From: a virus
Lineage: Duplodnaviria; Caudoviricetes
IMG/VR virus record: IMGVR_UViG_3300014043_000004
Coordinates: 1-64,000 of that record
Direction: 5' to 3' (one strand)
DNA: 64,000 nucleotides
Made by a program: the position numbers and the translations under genes. Below are positions 7,995 through 18,300 of the stretch, piece after piece. Every line of letters begins with the position of its first letter. Position 1 is the stretch's first letter. Under the pieces are notes generated by a model, which saw only the letters and a list, made by a program, of their open reading frames with translations, was not told the origin of the DNA and did not search any database.

Positions 7995-8525
7995 ATGAAA
8001 AAACCAGGTTATAGAGAAATGTTACGGGACAGATGTCCCAAGATGGTAGATTATGCACTAAAATGGCAAAAATCCAAAGAAAAATGGATAGACCATGTGT
8101 ATAATAGTTTTGTCAAAATTGTTGGAGATGAATATCAAAACAACAAAATGTTTAGAACAGCTTCACAGAACAAAAACATTATTGTAAGAACTGTAATGGG
8201 AATTGTTAATGGGAAAATAAAACATTTTGATTTTGACAAAACAATTGATTGGGACAATTTAGCAGATGAAGAAAAAATTCATTGGAAACGAGTATCTTCA
8301 TGGGTTAAATGGTTCAGTACTGATTATGCGTATATCAAAAATGCGTATGATATCTCTAAGAAAGTAGGAAAGGATGAAGAATCTATCAAAATAGACATCA
8401 TTAATTCCTATTTAGGATGGCTTATGCCAAAACCAAACATTTCAAATGAAGAAAAACTAGCAAAGTATCAATACGTTGATGATTTTGTTAACTATCTCAT
8501 TAAGTGTTTTAATGGAAAAAACTAA
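7995..8525 (+). CDS. hypothetical protein
   Basis: 176-aa ORF. Confidence 0.75.
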   Translation: MKKPGYREMLRDRCPKMVDYALKWQKSKEKWIDHVYNSFVKIVGDEYQNNKMFRTASQNKNIIVRTVMGIVNGKIKHFDFDKTIDWDNLADEEKIHWKRVSSWVKWFSTDYAYIKNAYDISKKVGKDEESIKIDIINSYLGWLMPKPNISNEEKLAKYQYVDDFVNYLIKCFNGKN

Positions 8526-8530
8526 GAATT

Positions 8531-8965
8531 ATGCATAGTGTATTTTCCAACTATTTAGAGCCTCTATATCCAGAGGCTAAGGATCTTTACGGAGAGATGA
8601 AGCCTAGTGAAATTTATGATCAATTGCGTATCGCATACAATCAAGGCGCAAAGGGTATATTAGAGAACACAAGACTTATTTCTTCTACCTCTGAAGATGA
8701 GAATTATCGAATAAAAGAGGCAGTTTGGTCAAATGAAGAATTCCACAAAATTGTAAAATGGATAAATCAGAAGATTACTTTAATCATAGGCATTGCAGAT
8801 TATCGAACGATAGACGTTCGTATGAGAATAGCAGTTAACATGATGGACAAATTAGTAGATTCTGGTATCATATCTTCTAAACTAAATTTAATCATATTTG
8901 GTAATCTTATTTCAAATGTAAGGCAGGAGCTTAACCTTATTGGTACTGAAGACTTGCCTTTTTAG
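8531..8965 (+). CDS. hypothetical protein with SSB-like C-terminal tail (EDLPF)
   Basis: 144-aa ORF ending EDLPF-TAG. Confidence 0.75.
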   Translation: MHSVFSNYLEPLYPEAKDLYGEMKPSEIYDQLRIAYNQGAKGILENTRLISSTSEDENYRIKEAVWSNEEFHKIVKWINQKITLIIGIADYRTIDVRMRIAVNMMDKLVDSGIISSKLNLIIFGNLISNVRQELNLIGTEDLPF

Positions 8966-9109
8966 CGCTGACAACCTAATCTGGATTGGTATTCCAGCAG
9001 CGCACGATTATCTATGGAACTTGACGAAATGGGGGTCGCGCAGGAAGCAACTTATAAAATATGACCCGTTGCTAAGATCGAGAAAGTAGATAATTTGTCC
9101 GATGGGACA

Positions 9110-9181
9110 GCGTCAGTAGCTCAGTCTGATAGAGCACTCCTGAGTTGGGAGAGGTCGGTGGTTTGAATCCATCCTGGCGCA
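9110..9181 (+). tRNA. tRNA-like gene with aberrant anticodon loop
   Basis: Normal acceptor stem GCGTCAG/CTGGCGC, D- and T-arms, but CTCCT-GAGTT-GGGAG has a 5-nt loop. Confidence 0.65.
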
Positions 9182-9241
9182 CTACACAGCACCGTCTGTT
9201 ACAGGAGTGACACCTTAATAACCGGTATAAATGTTTTGATT

Positions 9242-9784
9242 ATGAAGAATCCCAGAATCACTCAAGAAGAAATTGAGATAATCAAAAAAGCGCAAGCAGG
9301 TGACAAATCTGCTTTTTCAAAATTGTACTACCGATATAAACCATTTGTGGAGAATATTTTGTATCGATATATAAAAGACAAAGATGAGGCACGAGATATT
9401 GCCAACATCGTGTTTTTAACTGTACATAGGAAACTCTCAATGTTCACAGCATATGACTCCTTTGGAGGATGGCTGAGAATAATAACAAATCACACCGCAA
9501 TCGATTATCTTCGAACAAAGCATGAATCACAGGACATTGAAGAAGAACGACTATCTTTGGATATGCCTGGTTCTACTGAGGATGACCTTGTCAATCATCT
9601 TACAAGTAAACAGTTGATCGCCGAGTTTAATAAACTGCCTGAAATCACTCGTAAGATTTTCAAGTTGTTTTATGAAGAAGACATGAAAGTGGATGAGATT
9701 AGTGACGCGCTGAGAATCCCAGTTGGAACTATTAAGTCAACACTGTCGAGGACTAGACGCAGAATTAAAAAACGTTTAATCTAA
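9242..9784 (+). CDS. ECF-type sigma-70 family factor
   Basis: AQAGDKSAFSKLY, DEARDIANIVFL, FGGWLRII..HTAIDYLR (region 2); LPE..RKIFKL...EISDALRIPVGTIKSTLSR (region 4). Confidence 0.9.
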   Translation: MKNPRITQEEIEIIKKAQAGDKSAFSKLYYRYKPFVENILYRYIKDKDEARDIANIVFLTVHRKLSMFTAYDSFGGWLRIITNHTAIDYLRTKHESQDIEEERLSLDMPGSTEDDLVNHLTSKQLIAEFNKLPEITRKIFKLFYEEDMKVDEISDALRIPVGTIKSTLSRTRRRIKKRLI

Positions 9785-9789
9785 AAATT

Positions 9790-10200
9790 ATGACATTCTT
9801 AATGTTCATTCTTGGAATACTTCTTATTCTTTGTATCGCACGGTACAATGAGAGTAATAAGTTATTCTGGACACTGCTCACAGCATACGTGCTGTGTTTT
9901 ACAGTGGTAAAGGTGGTTAAAGGCGCCTTTAACGAGAAGGAACAAAGTGAACAGTCACTCAACCAGGCGTATCCCACACAGGGGTTGGATTTGGCGTCAG
10001 ACACATGTATGTGTTTTTTGGCAGACGAACCAATGAAGACAATCGTGAAGGAGACTTCAAAACCTGTGGGTCAGGTTAATACGCCTGATTACGTTGAGAA
10101 GATTATCACTTTAAGTGATGTCTCAGTGGTGACACCGGGACAATACCTTCACACACTGCCAAACCCACCAAACAGTGTAATACTTTTTGATACATCATGA
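9790..10200 (+). CDS. membrane protein (possible anti-sigma)
   Basis: Two N-terminal TM helices directly after the ECF sigma gene. Confidence 0.65.
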   Translation: MTFLMFILGILLILCIARYNESNKLFWTLLTAYVLCFTVVKVVKGAFNEKEQSEQSLNQAYPTQGLDLASDTCMCFLADEPMKTIVKETSKPVGQVNTPDYVEKIITLSDVSVVTPGQYLHTLPNPPNSVILFDTS

Positions 10201-10280
10201 CTGATGTAATTAACTAGTATGGCTTACAGATAAGTAGTCCAGCCAACTACAAGTATTTAATTTAAAAAACCGTTATCAAA

Positions 10281-11711
10281 ATGGCAACTAAAAAGACAAC
10301 TGCTGAAAAGGCAGCAGAGAAGGCAGCACGCGAGCAGGCAGCTCCACAAGTGGAGACTGGTGCAGCCAGGTTAAACAATAACAACAATCCTGCCACAAAA
10401 GGCCTTACTCAAGGAGAGAAGGTACAGTATGTAGCGTCTCTGCAGACAGAGCGTGCATACATAATGAATAGTGAGAATCCATCAAAGTCCATGATCGATG
10501 GTCTGTCTTTGCTTGCACAAGCAACGATTCTGGACATCGGTATTGGTGAGATGGCATGTGGTACAAGCGCAGTCGGATGCATTGTTGCAGCAAATCCGAA
10601 GAACTACGACACGTTCAAGGCGATTGCAAACGAGCTTGGTGTAAAATTGCCTGAGTTCAAAGCGCTGCCTTCCCCTACAGAGGAGCAGCTTAAGAGCGCA
10701 GGCATTGTAGGACTTCTTCCGTCAGAGGCTCGTGTTGTAACAATCGAGCAGAAAGATGTGTCTAAAGAGACCATCAAGAAGAAGAAGGATGAGATTGCAG
10801 CAGAAGCAAAAGCTGTAGAAAATCCAGCCGACATCAAGAACGAAGATCAGCTCAAAGCATCTTTGAGTGCGTTGCTGACAAAGCCAGTTCCCAACGGAAC
10901 AGATCGTCCTGATGCACGTGTTCAACGAGTAATCAACTTCTATCGTGGTTATCTTACGATTCAGGCTAACAAGGCTGAAGATAAGAAGGCAGCTCTCGAT
11001 AAGATCAACGGTATGTCCCGCATAGACATGTTGAATGCTATTACCGAGATTGTCGGTCAGTGCACATTTGCACTTTCCGGTACTGCGTACTTTCTTCGTA
11101 AGCGTACCAATGAGACCGATTCTCCTATTTCCGCCTTCTGTCTCTACCGTCGTAACGCCGTTCCTGGAAAGGACAACGGAATTGACGATTTGTACATAGC
11201 AGATCTCGTGAAAGTTCTGTTGATTTGGTCTTGTAAGAGTCAGATTGCAGAGTATGAGCGCATTATCGCCACAAACGAAAAGGTTGTGAAGAAGGAGACT
11301 GGTGCAGCCAAGAAGGCAACAGAAACTGCAATCAGCGCTCAGAAGCTCAAGATCGAAGAGCTGAATCACATTATCGCTGTAACAACGAATCCTTCGTTCG
11401 ACATTGTTGATACTCTCATAGAGAATTACAAGAAGGAAGAAGGTTCTGAGGGATATGCTCTGGCACATCGTATCGTCGATAACATCATGAAGACTTATTA
11501 TCCAGATGAGGATATCAAGACTCTTGATGAAGACGTCATGTTGAATAATGTTCAACAGCGTGCTGGTATCATAGTCAACATGTTCCGCGATCCTCTCTCT
11601 CAGTCAATTGCTTACAACGAAAGCAATTTGACCGATATGGTTAAAAAAGAAGCCCCAAAGGAGGAGAAACCCGCCGAGGAAAAGCCTGCTGAGGAAAAAC
11701 CAAAAAACTGA
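10281..11711 (+). CDS. large hypothetical protein with probable -1 frameshift isoform
   Basis: 476 aa, biased codons, TTATCAAAATG start; ends A_AAA_AAC_TGA. Confidence 0.85.
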   Translation: MATKKTTAEKAAEKAAREQAAPQVETGAARLNNNNNPATKGLTQGEKVQYVASLQTERAYIMNSENPSKSMIDGLSLLAQATILDIGIGEMACGTSAVGCIVAANPKNYDTFKAIANELGVKLPEFKALPSPTEEQLKSAGIVGLLPSEARVVTIEQKDVSKETIKKKKDEIAAEAKAVENPADIKNEDQLKASLSALLTKPVPNGTDRPDARVQRVINFYRGYLTIQANKAEDKKAALDKINGMSRIDMLNAITEIVGQCTFALSGTAYFLRKRTNETDSPISAFCLYRRNAVPGKDNGIDDLYIADLVKVLLIWSCKSQIAEYERIIATNEKVVKKETGAAKKATETAISAQKLKIEELNHIIAVTTNPSFDIVDTLIENYKKEEGSEGYALAHRIVDNIMKTYYPDEDIKTLDEDVMLNNVQQRAGIIVNMFRDPLSQSIAYNESNLTDMVKKEAPKEEKPAEEKPAEEKPKN

Positions 11712-11750
11712 TTAAGGTCCTCAAAGAAAAACTTCTAACTTTGTGGGACC
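11702..11750 (+). promoter_or_regulatory. -1 ribosomal frameshift signal
   Basis: A_AAA_AAC, 7-nt spacer, 11-bp stem GGTCCTCAAAG/CTTTG(T)GGGACC. Confidence 0.6.
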
Positions 11751-11788
11751 GACGCTGGTGGCTTCATTAACTTAAATCTATCAAAGGT

Positions 11789-12232
11789 ATGAAATATATT
11801 ACAACAATCCTTTGTGCTATAGCATTTGCTTTTTCTGGAGCTATGCTGGCATTATCGGATGACAATTCGACGATTAGAAAACATTCTACCGTCAGCGCCG
11901 CCGTTGTGCCAAATTATGGATTTCCAACGACGCCACTTATTAATCAGTTTGACACTGATAAGAAGTACACAAAAACGGATACAGTCTACTTGGATACGTA
12001 CACGGCAGTATTGCCGCCGCGTCCGATAAAAACTGTAACTAAAGTTAAACCCATATATCTTCCTGCACCTACACAAGAAGATACAGAGTCATGTACAGTA
12101 GATAAGTTCCATACGGATTCTGTTAAAAACAAAGTAGGCGTGGTTCGTGAGGAGTACACCACAGACACTATTGGACCTCCTGATAAGTCCATTATCCTTA
12201 TTGTCGACGGTAAGGAAGTCTATAAACGATAG
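11789..12232 (+). CDS. exported protein
   Basis: N-terminal signal peptide; Pro/Thr-rich; TAG stop. Confidence 0.7.
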   Translation: MKYITTILCAIAFAFSGAMLALSDDNSTIRKHSTVSAAVVPNYGFPTTPLINQFDTDKKYTKTDTVYLDTYTAVLPPRPIKTVTKVKPIYLPAPTQEDTESCTVDKFHTDSVKNKVGVVREEYTTDTIGPPDKSIILIVDGKEVYKR

Positions 12233-12239
12233 TCACTCC

Positions 12240-14460
12240 GCAGCTGGGGGATAGGGAGATACTGCTCTCTGTCCCCAGAGCAATGCATACTCTTTCGTAG
12301 AACAGCTGGTCAGTGCATTTCAGGTGGGTCTCATTAGCCCAGGCACGAAATAGTACAACTTGATCCGAGAATATGTTAGCCTGCTCAACAGGTGAGAAAC
12401 GCAAAAGGTAGGATGAAATGCTATAAAGATTGCGACGTACTACACAATTTGAAAACTTTATAGTAAGAGGATTAAAGCGCATGTATCAAGTCCTTCTGCT
12501 CCGAGAACCGACTGGTGGGGGAAAGTAAACAGTAAAAGGCGCGTAAGTCTCGAAAAGAGCAAAACTGAACCGTATCGACAATCTAAGCGATGATACATAA
12601 ACTTAGAATTAACGTCACACGAGCTGCAACATTACATTTATCCAAGGCATGTAATGATGTATCAATTAAGCTGTAGTCTAGTGTTCCACGTCTCCACAAC
12701 GTGTATGAAGGGATGAAAAATATCTGAGTAAACTATATTGTGAGAATAATACTCACAAGTTGTATGGTAAATATGACGCCTATGTAAAACCTTGCCGTTC
12801 GATTCGCAAACATCTCGTAAAAGAGCTTGTGAGAGTCTAACATGGTAACTTGATGATATACGAGATGGCAACACGTCCAAAATCGGTGTCCAGGGATGGG
12901 GTAAAACGGCTGATTACGTTGAAGATGACCGCCAGGCCTTAGTCGTTCATGCGGGATATAAAAGTAGAATGACTACCGGGGTAGGGCAACCCCCGAAGCT
13001 CAGGTGAGCGCGCGGATGAAGCCCGCGTAGAAAGGCTATTTCAAAGATAGTTAATACTGGTAAGCGAGTATGATACTATAGAACGATCTATGTTATGAGG
13101 AAATGCAGCATAGTAAGATGACCACTTGACAGTCAAAAACAAAATAAAGAGGTCGATTCAAAGACTATACACGCCAGTATAGAGGGAGATCGCTTCTTTC
13201 GAAAGCATTAAATAACCAGATGATTGTACTTGTGTTACTACATCATATGGGAATACTGTAGAGTAGTAAACTACATACCATGTGTGAACGATACATTACA
13301 TGTAAGTGATTCTGTATAAAAAGATGTAAGTAGAAAACAATAAGTGATATTAACATGTTTAACAAAAATTGATGTCCCCTGGCTGGGAGAAAGATAAAGA
13401 CTACGTTTGTAATGTTTGTGAGTGCTTTCACGCCAGAAATCGAGTGCCAACCGTTCCTGAGAAGCAAGTAGCAAGATGGGAAACTAAGCGAAGCATAGAC
13501 TGCAAATCTATGTGGGTGGATACCATGAAGCAATATGCGTCAACGATGCAAGGCAGCTATCGTGAAGTGAAATCACCTCCCTGTCTCGGAGGGGTAAAGC
13601 GACTGGTTAATAGTCCATCGCAAGATGGTTCGCTGTTGCCAGAAACCGACGAAACGAATCCGTAGTGGGTGATAAATCTAGACGTATGAGGTGGAATTCC
13701 TCCAGTATTCGTGCACTATAAATAAATGAGGCAAGCAATATGCCAAGAGAAGAAAACAAGCCGTAAAGTCGTTAGGAAGAATCCTGAATCGTAGTACTTG
13801 AAAAGAGCTTTGGAACTCTTAGACTGTTCGATAACGAAACGTACTCCTCACGTACACCACACGCACGGTGTATAAAAAGCAGGAAAAAACAAGCCTGTCA
13901 TAGTGGACAGGAGCCCCCCGCGATGTTGCTGAGCGGAATATAAATCATGGCATCAGCGTAGTAGATTCGAATGTTCTTGGGAAATACATTATCGAAGATA
14001 TTACAAAAATTTTACGGGTATTAAATATTGGACTTAGTAAGACTATTCTACGAGCATTAGTCCTTCGTGAAATTTTGTCAACGAATAGTTTGAAAGTGAA
14101 TCAATATATGTTTTACAAAAAATAAACATTTTAACATACAGAAAGAAAACTTAGCATTTGATTATGCACAGTCAGCATTTAAAGTTTAAGAACCTATTAA
14201 TGCTATAGGTATAAATATCCTACCGTTGGATTCCTGTTACATGAGTTGAGCTTCACATTTGCCATACTTAAATGTATTGGGTCGAGGAATATAGAAGTGT
14301 AACAACATTAATAGAAACGTGCTTCCCATTAGCACAGCAACTGGCGTAATAAGTAACAAACAATCGCGCTCGTAGAGCCAGCGAGCCGGAGCGTATTTTT
14401 TTAATATAGGCAACTCCGCCTTGAAGGAGAAAAAATTAATCTTGTCGTTGGTGGATCAAC
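12240..14460 (+). ncRNA. ~2.2-kb structured non-coding region (one or more large RNAs)
   Basis: No convincing ORF; GNRA-capped hairpins (e.g. CCATC-GCAA-GATGG) and pseudoknot-like elements. Confidence 0.5.
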
Positions 14461-14485
14461 CACGATATCAAAAAGGATAAGAAAA

Positions 14486-15148
14486 ATGGAAAAAACAAAC
14501 ACTATTGATGTCAACATCAATACTACATTGGCTGGCGCACGCCAGACTGCAAGCCTCATTGGCGGTCTTCTTGGTAAAGCTTACGCAACCGTAGAGGCAC
14601 GTGACATATGGCAGGGTGGTAAAGAAGGTTACGAACGTGACAAGGCTGCTGCAGCAACATCTGCCGCACTCATCACCAATCGTTCTCCTCGTAAGTTTAT
14701 GCTGAAGACTCAGGATATCCTGGGTGCGGTAACGTATCAGCAGCCTATGACGAAGCAGATTGGTATCGCAATCAACCTGCGTTCTGACGGAACTTACGAC
14801 ATGTTCTTCCCGCTCGACGGAACAAACCCAGTAATAGCTGAGAAGCCTATTGCTGATGCTGTATCCGACGCCATTCACGGAGAAGGTAACAACTTCTTCT
14901 TGGAGCCTACAAAGGTGGTTAACATCATCAATGAGGGCAACCGTGCAGAGATCAAGAACATCGACAATTTGGTTTCGTCCTTGCTGAAGATGAAGCAGAA
15001 TCTTCTTACCGCTGTAAACGAGAATGAGAAGAAGGCTGCAGAGATCGAGAAGGAGTGGATCAATTCTAAGATCGACGGAGTTGGCATCAAAGAGGTGATT
15101 GCAGGTAGCAATGCAACACTCAACGTTCATACATCTACTGAAGGATAA
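14486..15148 (+). CDS. hypothetical protein
   Basis: 220 aa, biased codons. Confidence 0.8.
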   Translation: MEKTNTIDVNINTTLAGARQTASLIGGLLGKAYATVEARDIWQGGKEGYERDKAAAATSAALITNRSPRKFMLKTQDILGAVTYQQPMTKQIGIAINLRSDGTYDMFFPLDGTNPVIAEKPIADAVSDAIHGEGNNFFLEPTKVVNIINEGNRAEIKNIDNLVSSLLKMKQNLLTAVNENEKKAAEIEKEWINSKIDGVGIKEVIAGSNATLNVHTSTEG

Positions 15149-15150
15149 AT

Positions 15151-15735
15151 ATGAACAAGACCCTCACAAAGAGAACCGTACAACTTATGGCTCTCTTAAT
15201 GTTAGATGAAACCATAGCAGAAAAGGTAAAGTCTGCAAATGGCGAGGGCAAATCATTTGAGATATTTGATATAGATGACGCTACGGGAAATGTAACTCTC
15301 GGTGTCACTAGATTCAAATGGTGGAATCAACTCATTAAATGTCAGGTAAAACTGACGTTTACAAGTTGGGCACTCGCCGTATGGGATGCCCTTGTTAGTC
15401 TTTCTAAAGGTGGCAACGCTGTTGCTATTGAGGAAGGGCTTAGTGTAGAAATCGCAAAGAAAGCGCAGCGTGAAAGTGAGTTTAATTGGGTAGTTGAAAG
15501 ATTGTGTGATGTATACGACCACGTGGTAAATAATAAGAACGGTGGAGCGTCTCTCGAGGGAGACCGGGAGAAGTCGGGTCCGAGCGTAATCGTTCGCGAT
15601 CGTGGTAATGCTGAAACAATTGTCAACGTAAACGTATCTGATATGCGCAAAACGTTTCGCTTTCCAGACGCAACAGGTCAAGCATTTCTTGATGTAGAAA
15701 TGGGAGTTGTTGGACTAGGAGTTTCAAAGAAATAA
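15151..15735 (+). CDS. hypothetical protein
   Basis: 194 aa, 2 bp after previous gene. Confidence 0.8.
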   Translation: MNKTLTKRTVQLMALLMLDETIAEKVKSANGEGKSFEIFDIDDATGNVTLGVTRFKWWNQLIKCQVKLTFTSWALAVWDALVSLSKGGNAVAIEEGLSVEIAKKAQRESEFNWVVERLCDVYDHVVNNKNGGASLEGDREKSGPSVIVRDRGNAETIVNVNVSDMRKTFRFPDATGQAFLDVEMGVVGLGVSKK

Positions 15736-16009
15736 TAATCCCGAGGGATTTAGTTCATAAGATATCGAGGTATTTTACGAACACTCTTAAAAACAAATAG
15801 AAAGACAATAACTGTCTATATCGAGAGATACAGAAAAATAAAAAAAACAATCTCATCTATAATACTCGAGGGTATTCGGGGGGTAGGAATCGAGGTTCCT
15901 GCCTCCCAGAGATTTGTTTTATATCAATTTGTTTTGATATAAAGCGCGTAGGTAATATCTCGAATTCAACATAATTAACGGAAGTCTAACTAAAATCAAG
16001 TGTAAATAT

Positions 16010-16552
16010 ATGACGAAATCAATTAAGTTGAACTCAGGTAAGATAATTAATATGCGTAAGGATATCGATGCTAAGAAGAAGAAATATTGGAGTTACATTA
16101 AGAGCGAGAATCTTATGTCCAAAAAAGAGATCAAAGCAGGTCTCCGTACGCACGATCTGAAGGCTCTCTATAACGAGATTACTCAGATGGCAGAGAAGCT
16201 AGTATATATTAAAGGTATGTTGTTCTATTTGAATATGGGTACTACAACCTTTGATAAGGAGGCTTTCAAGAAGACGAACAATTATAGTATTTTCATGGCT
16301 TGTGAGATGAAGGAGGCTATTGCCCAGTTGAAAATGATTCCTACATTGGATCAGAAGACAAAGGCACAGAAGGGTCTTAAAGCTATGAATAAAGAAGAAG
16401 TTTTCACCAGCGCCAAGATTGCTACCCTTGTTAAGGATCTGCAGTTAAAGGCAAATAAGTTTGATACAAACATGGAGAACTTTAATAACTCTACAGAGAT
16501 TACTATCGATGATACTCTCACCGATATGTTTAAGTCAGATTTGGCTATATAA
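16010..16552 (+). CDS. basic helical protein
   Basis: 180-aa ORF. Confidence 0.8.
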   Translation: MTKSIKLNSGKIINMRKDIDAKKKKYWSYIKSENLMSKKEIKAGLRTHDLKALYNEITQMAEKLVYIKGMLFYLNMGTTTFDKEAFKKTNNYSIFMACEMKEAIAQLKMIPTLDQKTKAQKGLKAMNKEEVFTSAKIATLVKDLQLKANKFDTNMENFNNSTEITIDDTLTDMFKSDLAI

Positions 16553-16678
16553 TAGTATCAAACAGATCAGATATGTTGGTGCATATGTGTAAAGAAACAT
16601 ATGAGCGGATCGTTCCCGTAACTGATCACAAATTTCCCAAAAAATTAACATGTATAACTTAAAAAAATCATAATCAAT

Positions 16679-17509
16679 ATGAAAAATAATAACACAGTAG
16701 ACACTGCCCAGAAGGGTCAGACTGCTAATAAGATACAGCCTGAAAAGGTACAGAACAACTTGAAGAAAATTCAGGAGATAAAGAACGCTAAGAAGGATAA
16801 AACTCCAACTGGCAAAGTAATAGTAATTTCCGAAAAAGAGTCTACACGAAAGGCTCGTGAGGAACAGTACCGTAACTTCCGCATAAACGCTTTAAAACGT
16901 CGAGCAGGACGTATGGGTCTCTCTGAGGAGGAGATTGAAAAGGCTGTAAAGAAATTGATAGAGCAAATGGACGCTCCTAAGGAGTATAGCATACTCATCA
17001 TGGTTGCAAAAGCTACCAGGAAAAAAGACAAACCTGATATAACAATGCTTAAAGAAGCTTTGGCTAAAGAAGGTATCAAATATGCATTCTGTGGAGATGA
17101 CTTTGTATCTGTCAATGGTAACCAGGACATCTTGGCTAAAATACGCGAAATAGCCCCTCCTAGCGCAAAGATTTATCCTCATGCTAAGAAGATGGAATCT
17201 GTTCTTCCTAAGAAGGAATATCTAAAGACAAAGAAACCTTCTAACAACTCTAAGGAAAAGGCTCTTACGGCAAAAATAGCACGCAAAGAGAAGAAAATTC
17301 GTATTCACCGTAATAAGAAAACCGGCGAAATCGAGCATCGTAAGATAAGTGAACGTTCAAATCGTCACTCAAATCCGACGAAAAAATATACTAAGAAAAT
17401 AGTGCTAAAAACGCTCGCTAAAGCGAAGAAACGTAATTCTAGTATAGTTGTCCAGATGCCTACCAAAAAGGCGTCAGAGGGCTCTAAAACGCTTAAGAAA
17501 GCCGCTTAA
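16679..17509 (+). CDS. highly basic protein ending -KKAA
   Basis: 276 aa, Lys/Arg-rich. Confidence 0.8.
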   Translation: MKNNNTVDTAQKGQTANKIQPEKVQNNLKKIQEIKNAKKDKTPTGKVIVISEKESTRKAREEQYRNFRINALKRRAGRMGLSEEEIEKAVKKLIEQMDAPKEYSILIMVAKATRKKDKPDITMLKEALAKEGIKYAFCGDDFVSVNGNQDILAKIREIAPPSAKIYPHAKKMESVLPKKEYLKTKKPSNNSKEKALTAKIARKEKKIRIHRNKKTGEIEHRKISERSNRHSNPTKKYTKKIVLKTLAKAKKRNSSIVVQMPTKKASEGSKTLKKAA

Positions 17510-17538
17510 CGTATGTTTAACCTAATAGAAAAACTGAT

Positions 17539-18300
17539 ATGGGACATAGCAGCATACGTATTAAGATTCGTAGAAGAAAAGTAGCGAATCTTGCAGCCTA
17601 CAGTCGTCAACACACCGTTAGAAATTGTACAATACCCAAAGTCGATAAAAACGACATAATAGATGTCAAATATCCTTGGGGTGTTGTAAAAGGCACCAAA
17701 GGAGGTGGATGGGATATTCCAAAAGAAGGTTATCCACAGTGTAAAAATCTTCATAAGAGAATACATGGACAGAAGTGGGTGAAACATAAAGATGGTACCA
17801 CAGAACTCATAAAGTGGGATTATCCGTCCGAGTTCCCCAATCCACAAGACTATCAAAAGAAATTGTGGAAGAACCTTAGTAAAGCTGATAAAATGAAAGC
17901 TTACGAGGATGAAAAGGTAAGAAAGTGGGATAAGAAGAATCCAAAACCATGCCCTGAAGACGATCTGTTCAAGGACGAGTTTATCCCAATGTGGGAAAAA
18001 GAGCGTGAGGAAGCTTTGACACGAATACGAGACTTTGTTGTCTCGATGTTTGACAAATTGCCGTTAACTGGTCGGTACAAAGAAGGTGACAATAAGTTCA
18101 CTGAAAAACCAGTTGCAGAGCTTAAAGATGTTAATGGAGATGGACATCGAGTAAACGAACTCGATTCCAAATCTAAACTTCTGAATAAAGCTCAAAAGGT
18201 GACCAATAAAGAGAAAGCTAACAATGCTAAACTAGTCGCCACAAATCTGAAGGACCACAAGCGGAAGAAAGGAAGAGTAATACTTCCTAAAGCCGCATAA
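17539..18300 (+). CDS. basic protein ending -PKAA
   Basis: 253-aa ORF. Confidence 0.8.
   Translation: MGHSSIRIKIRRRKVANLAAYSRQHTVRNCTIPKVDKNDIIDVKYPWGVVKGTKGGGWDIPKEGYPQCKNLHKRIHGQKWVKHKDGTTELIKWDYPSEFPNPQDYQKKLWKNLSKADKMKAYEDEKVRKWDKKNPKPCPEDDLFKDEFIPMWEKEREEALTRIRDFVVSMFDKLPLTGRYKEGDNKFTEKPVAELKDVNGDGHRVNELDSKSKLLNKAQKVTNKEKANNAKLVATNLKDHKRKKGRVILPKAA

Noticed and set aside
8966-9235. Twister or theta/HDV-like ribozyme beside the tRNA-like gene
   Set aside because: Helices are present but the conserved catalytic elements could not be matched by eye
13243-13665. Short ORFs in the 12.2-14.5 kb region, plus 4396, 18335 and 25867 ORFs
   Set aside because: Non-ATG or poor starts, atypical composition, overlap with structured RNA
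10722-15130. Long antisense ORFs 10722-11555 and 14468-15130
   Set aside because: Mirror frames of strongly codon-biased sense genes
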